A stretch of 63,910 nt of DNA, counting the filler, from Octopus bimaculoides (lineage: Eukaryota), in assembly GCF_001194135.2 (NCBI RefSeq). It is 5 parts of 4 records of this genome, joined end to end, with 100 filler letters (N's around TTAATTAATTAA, not from the genome) between each part and the next. Parts side by side here need not be neighbours in the genome. Positions count along the whole stretch, not along the records: positions 62,729 to 63,910 come from NW_026332835.1; 4 more parts are not named here. One strand, given 5' to 3'. Under the pieces are notes generated by a model. The model was not told the DNA's origin, made no database searches, and saw only the letters and a list, made by a program, of their open reading frames with translations. How positions within the stretch are numbered: the first letter of the stretch is position 1; each line of letters opens with the position of its first letter. The position numbers and the translations under genes were made by a program. Shown here piece after piece: positions 62,629-63,910 of this stretch.

Positions 62629-62789
62629 NNNNNNNNNNNNNNNNNNNNNNNNNNNNNNNNNNNNNNNNNNNNTTAATTAATTAANNNNNNNNNNNNNNNN
62701 NNNNNNNNNNNNNNNNNNNNNNNNNNNNGACAGACAGACAGACAGACAGACATTCTCATTTTTATATATATAGATAGTATATATATTGT

Positions 62790-62990
62790 TTTACTCTTTT
62801 ACTTGTTGCAGTCATTTGACTGTGGCCATGCTGGAGCACCGCCTTTAGTTGAGCAAATCGACCCCTAGAATTATCCTTTGTAAGCCTAGTACTTATTCTA
62901 TCGGCCTCTTTTGCCGAACCACTAAGTTACGGGGATGTAAACACACCAGCATCGGTTGTCAAGCTATGGTAGGGAGACACACGCACAAAT
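62790..62990 (-). mobile_element. SINE family A 3' half (another tail piece lies at 63060-63118, plus strand)
   Basis: Reverse complement of the family A tail. Confidence 0.85.
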
Positions 62991-63119
62991 ATATACATAC
63001 ATATATATATACACAGGTTTAAAGTAAGTTTATAATTATCTCGTAGGCACTAAAGATGATCGACTAAAGATGGCGCTCCAGCAAGGCCACAGTCAAATGA
63101 CTGAAACAAGTAAAAGAGC

Positions 63120-63870
63120 TATCCTCATCCACACACAACACATGACCATACCAGTGCAGTCATCTCTCTTGTACATGTTTACATCTGATGCTTCTTAGGT
63201 TCAACTTTTCTCTCAAGGTACTTACATTCTGTCGAGTATGCACACTGACATTACACATCTATCGGAACATACTGGCTTCATTCCTTGCGAGCTTACACGT
63301 CCTCAGCAGTCACGGCCTATGTTTCACTGCCATGTAGCATGGCTGTTCACATGCATGCATCATATAGTCTACCTTTCACCTCTGTCACCAGCAGAGGTTG
63401 GAGCTCTCTGAACTTTGCCCAGGTTATTCTTATTCTAGTAGCTACACTTTCAGTGCACCCTCCTCTGCTATTGATTCAGTCACCTAGGTAATGGAAGCTA
63501 TCAACTACTTCTAGCTTCTCCCCCTGGCATGTGATAGAATCTTGTTTTCTGTACATCGGTGGTGTTTATTGCTTTCGAGCATCTGCAATACAAAAACTAT
63601 CTTCCCAGTTAGCCTTCCTTTTATATGGCAGCACCTCTTATGTGTCCATAGCTTATACCGGGTACATCTTTTGGAGTTTCTACCCACGTCTTTTCTGCAG
63701 ATCAAGCAGGGCCATATACCTAAAGAGATTTCTAAGTTATCTGCCTTCCTACTTACTAAGAACTTCGGTTTTTGCTAGATTGACTGTAAGGCTCTTTGAT
63801 TCTGAACCTTGCTTCCTCTCTTGGAACTTCACTAGTTCTGGTAGTGACTCAGCTATTAGAACATATATAT
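63120..63870 (-). mobile_element. RTE-clade LINE ORF2 fragment (RT end to thumb) containing a PHD-like Cys/His insert
   Basis: VLIAESLPELVKFQ..LTVNLAKT, WPCLICRKDVGRNSKRCTRYKLWTHKRC, then frameshifted ARIRITWAKFREL, RNEASMFR.MCNVSVHTRQ, and LREKLNLRSIR. Confidence 0.88.
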
Positions 63871-63910
63871 ATATACATACATATACATACATACACACAC
63901 ACACACACAC

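Overview
AT-rich eukaryotic non-coding DNA, dense in repeats and microsatellites, with many N-gaps. The SINE/LINE repertoire points to a coleoid cephalopod, probably Octopus (inference). No complete host gene, rRNA, bona fide tRNA or CRISPR array is supported, and nearly all ORF-track entries are microsatellite or gap artefacts. The window holds two decayed, near-full-length Penelope-like elements (PLEs) from different clades. One has direct pseudo-LTRs (pLTRs) that each carry a minimal hammerhead ribozyme (HHR); the other has an inverted terminal copy. Also present are fragments of RTE, L1/Tx1, CR1 and R4/Dong-like LINEs, mariner and DD37D-like transposase remnants, several MITE families, a Helentron-like non-autonomous element and at least four tRNA-derived SINE families. 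The best lead is the pLTR at 26.6-26.9 kb: a tRNA-like Pol III cassette, then (AAT)n, then a hammerhead. A second lead is a family of hammerhead-like folds with a shared CUGU-N-GA core variant. A few splice-site-bounded candidate host exons, including two microexons, are reported at low confidence.
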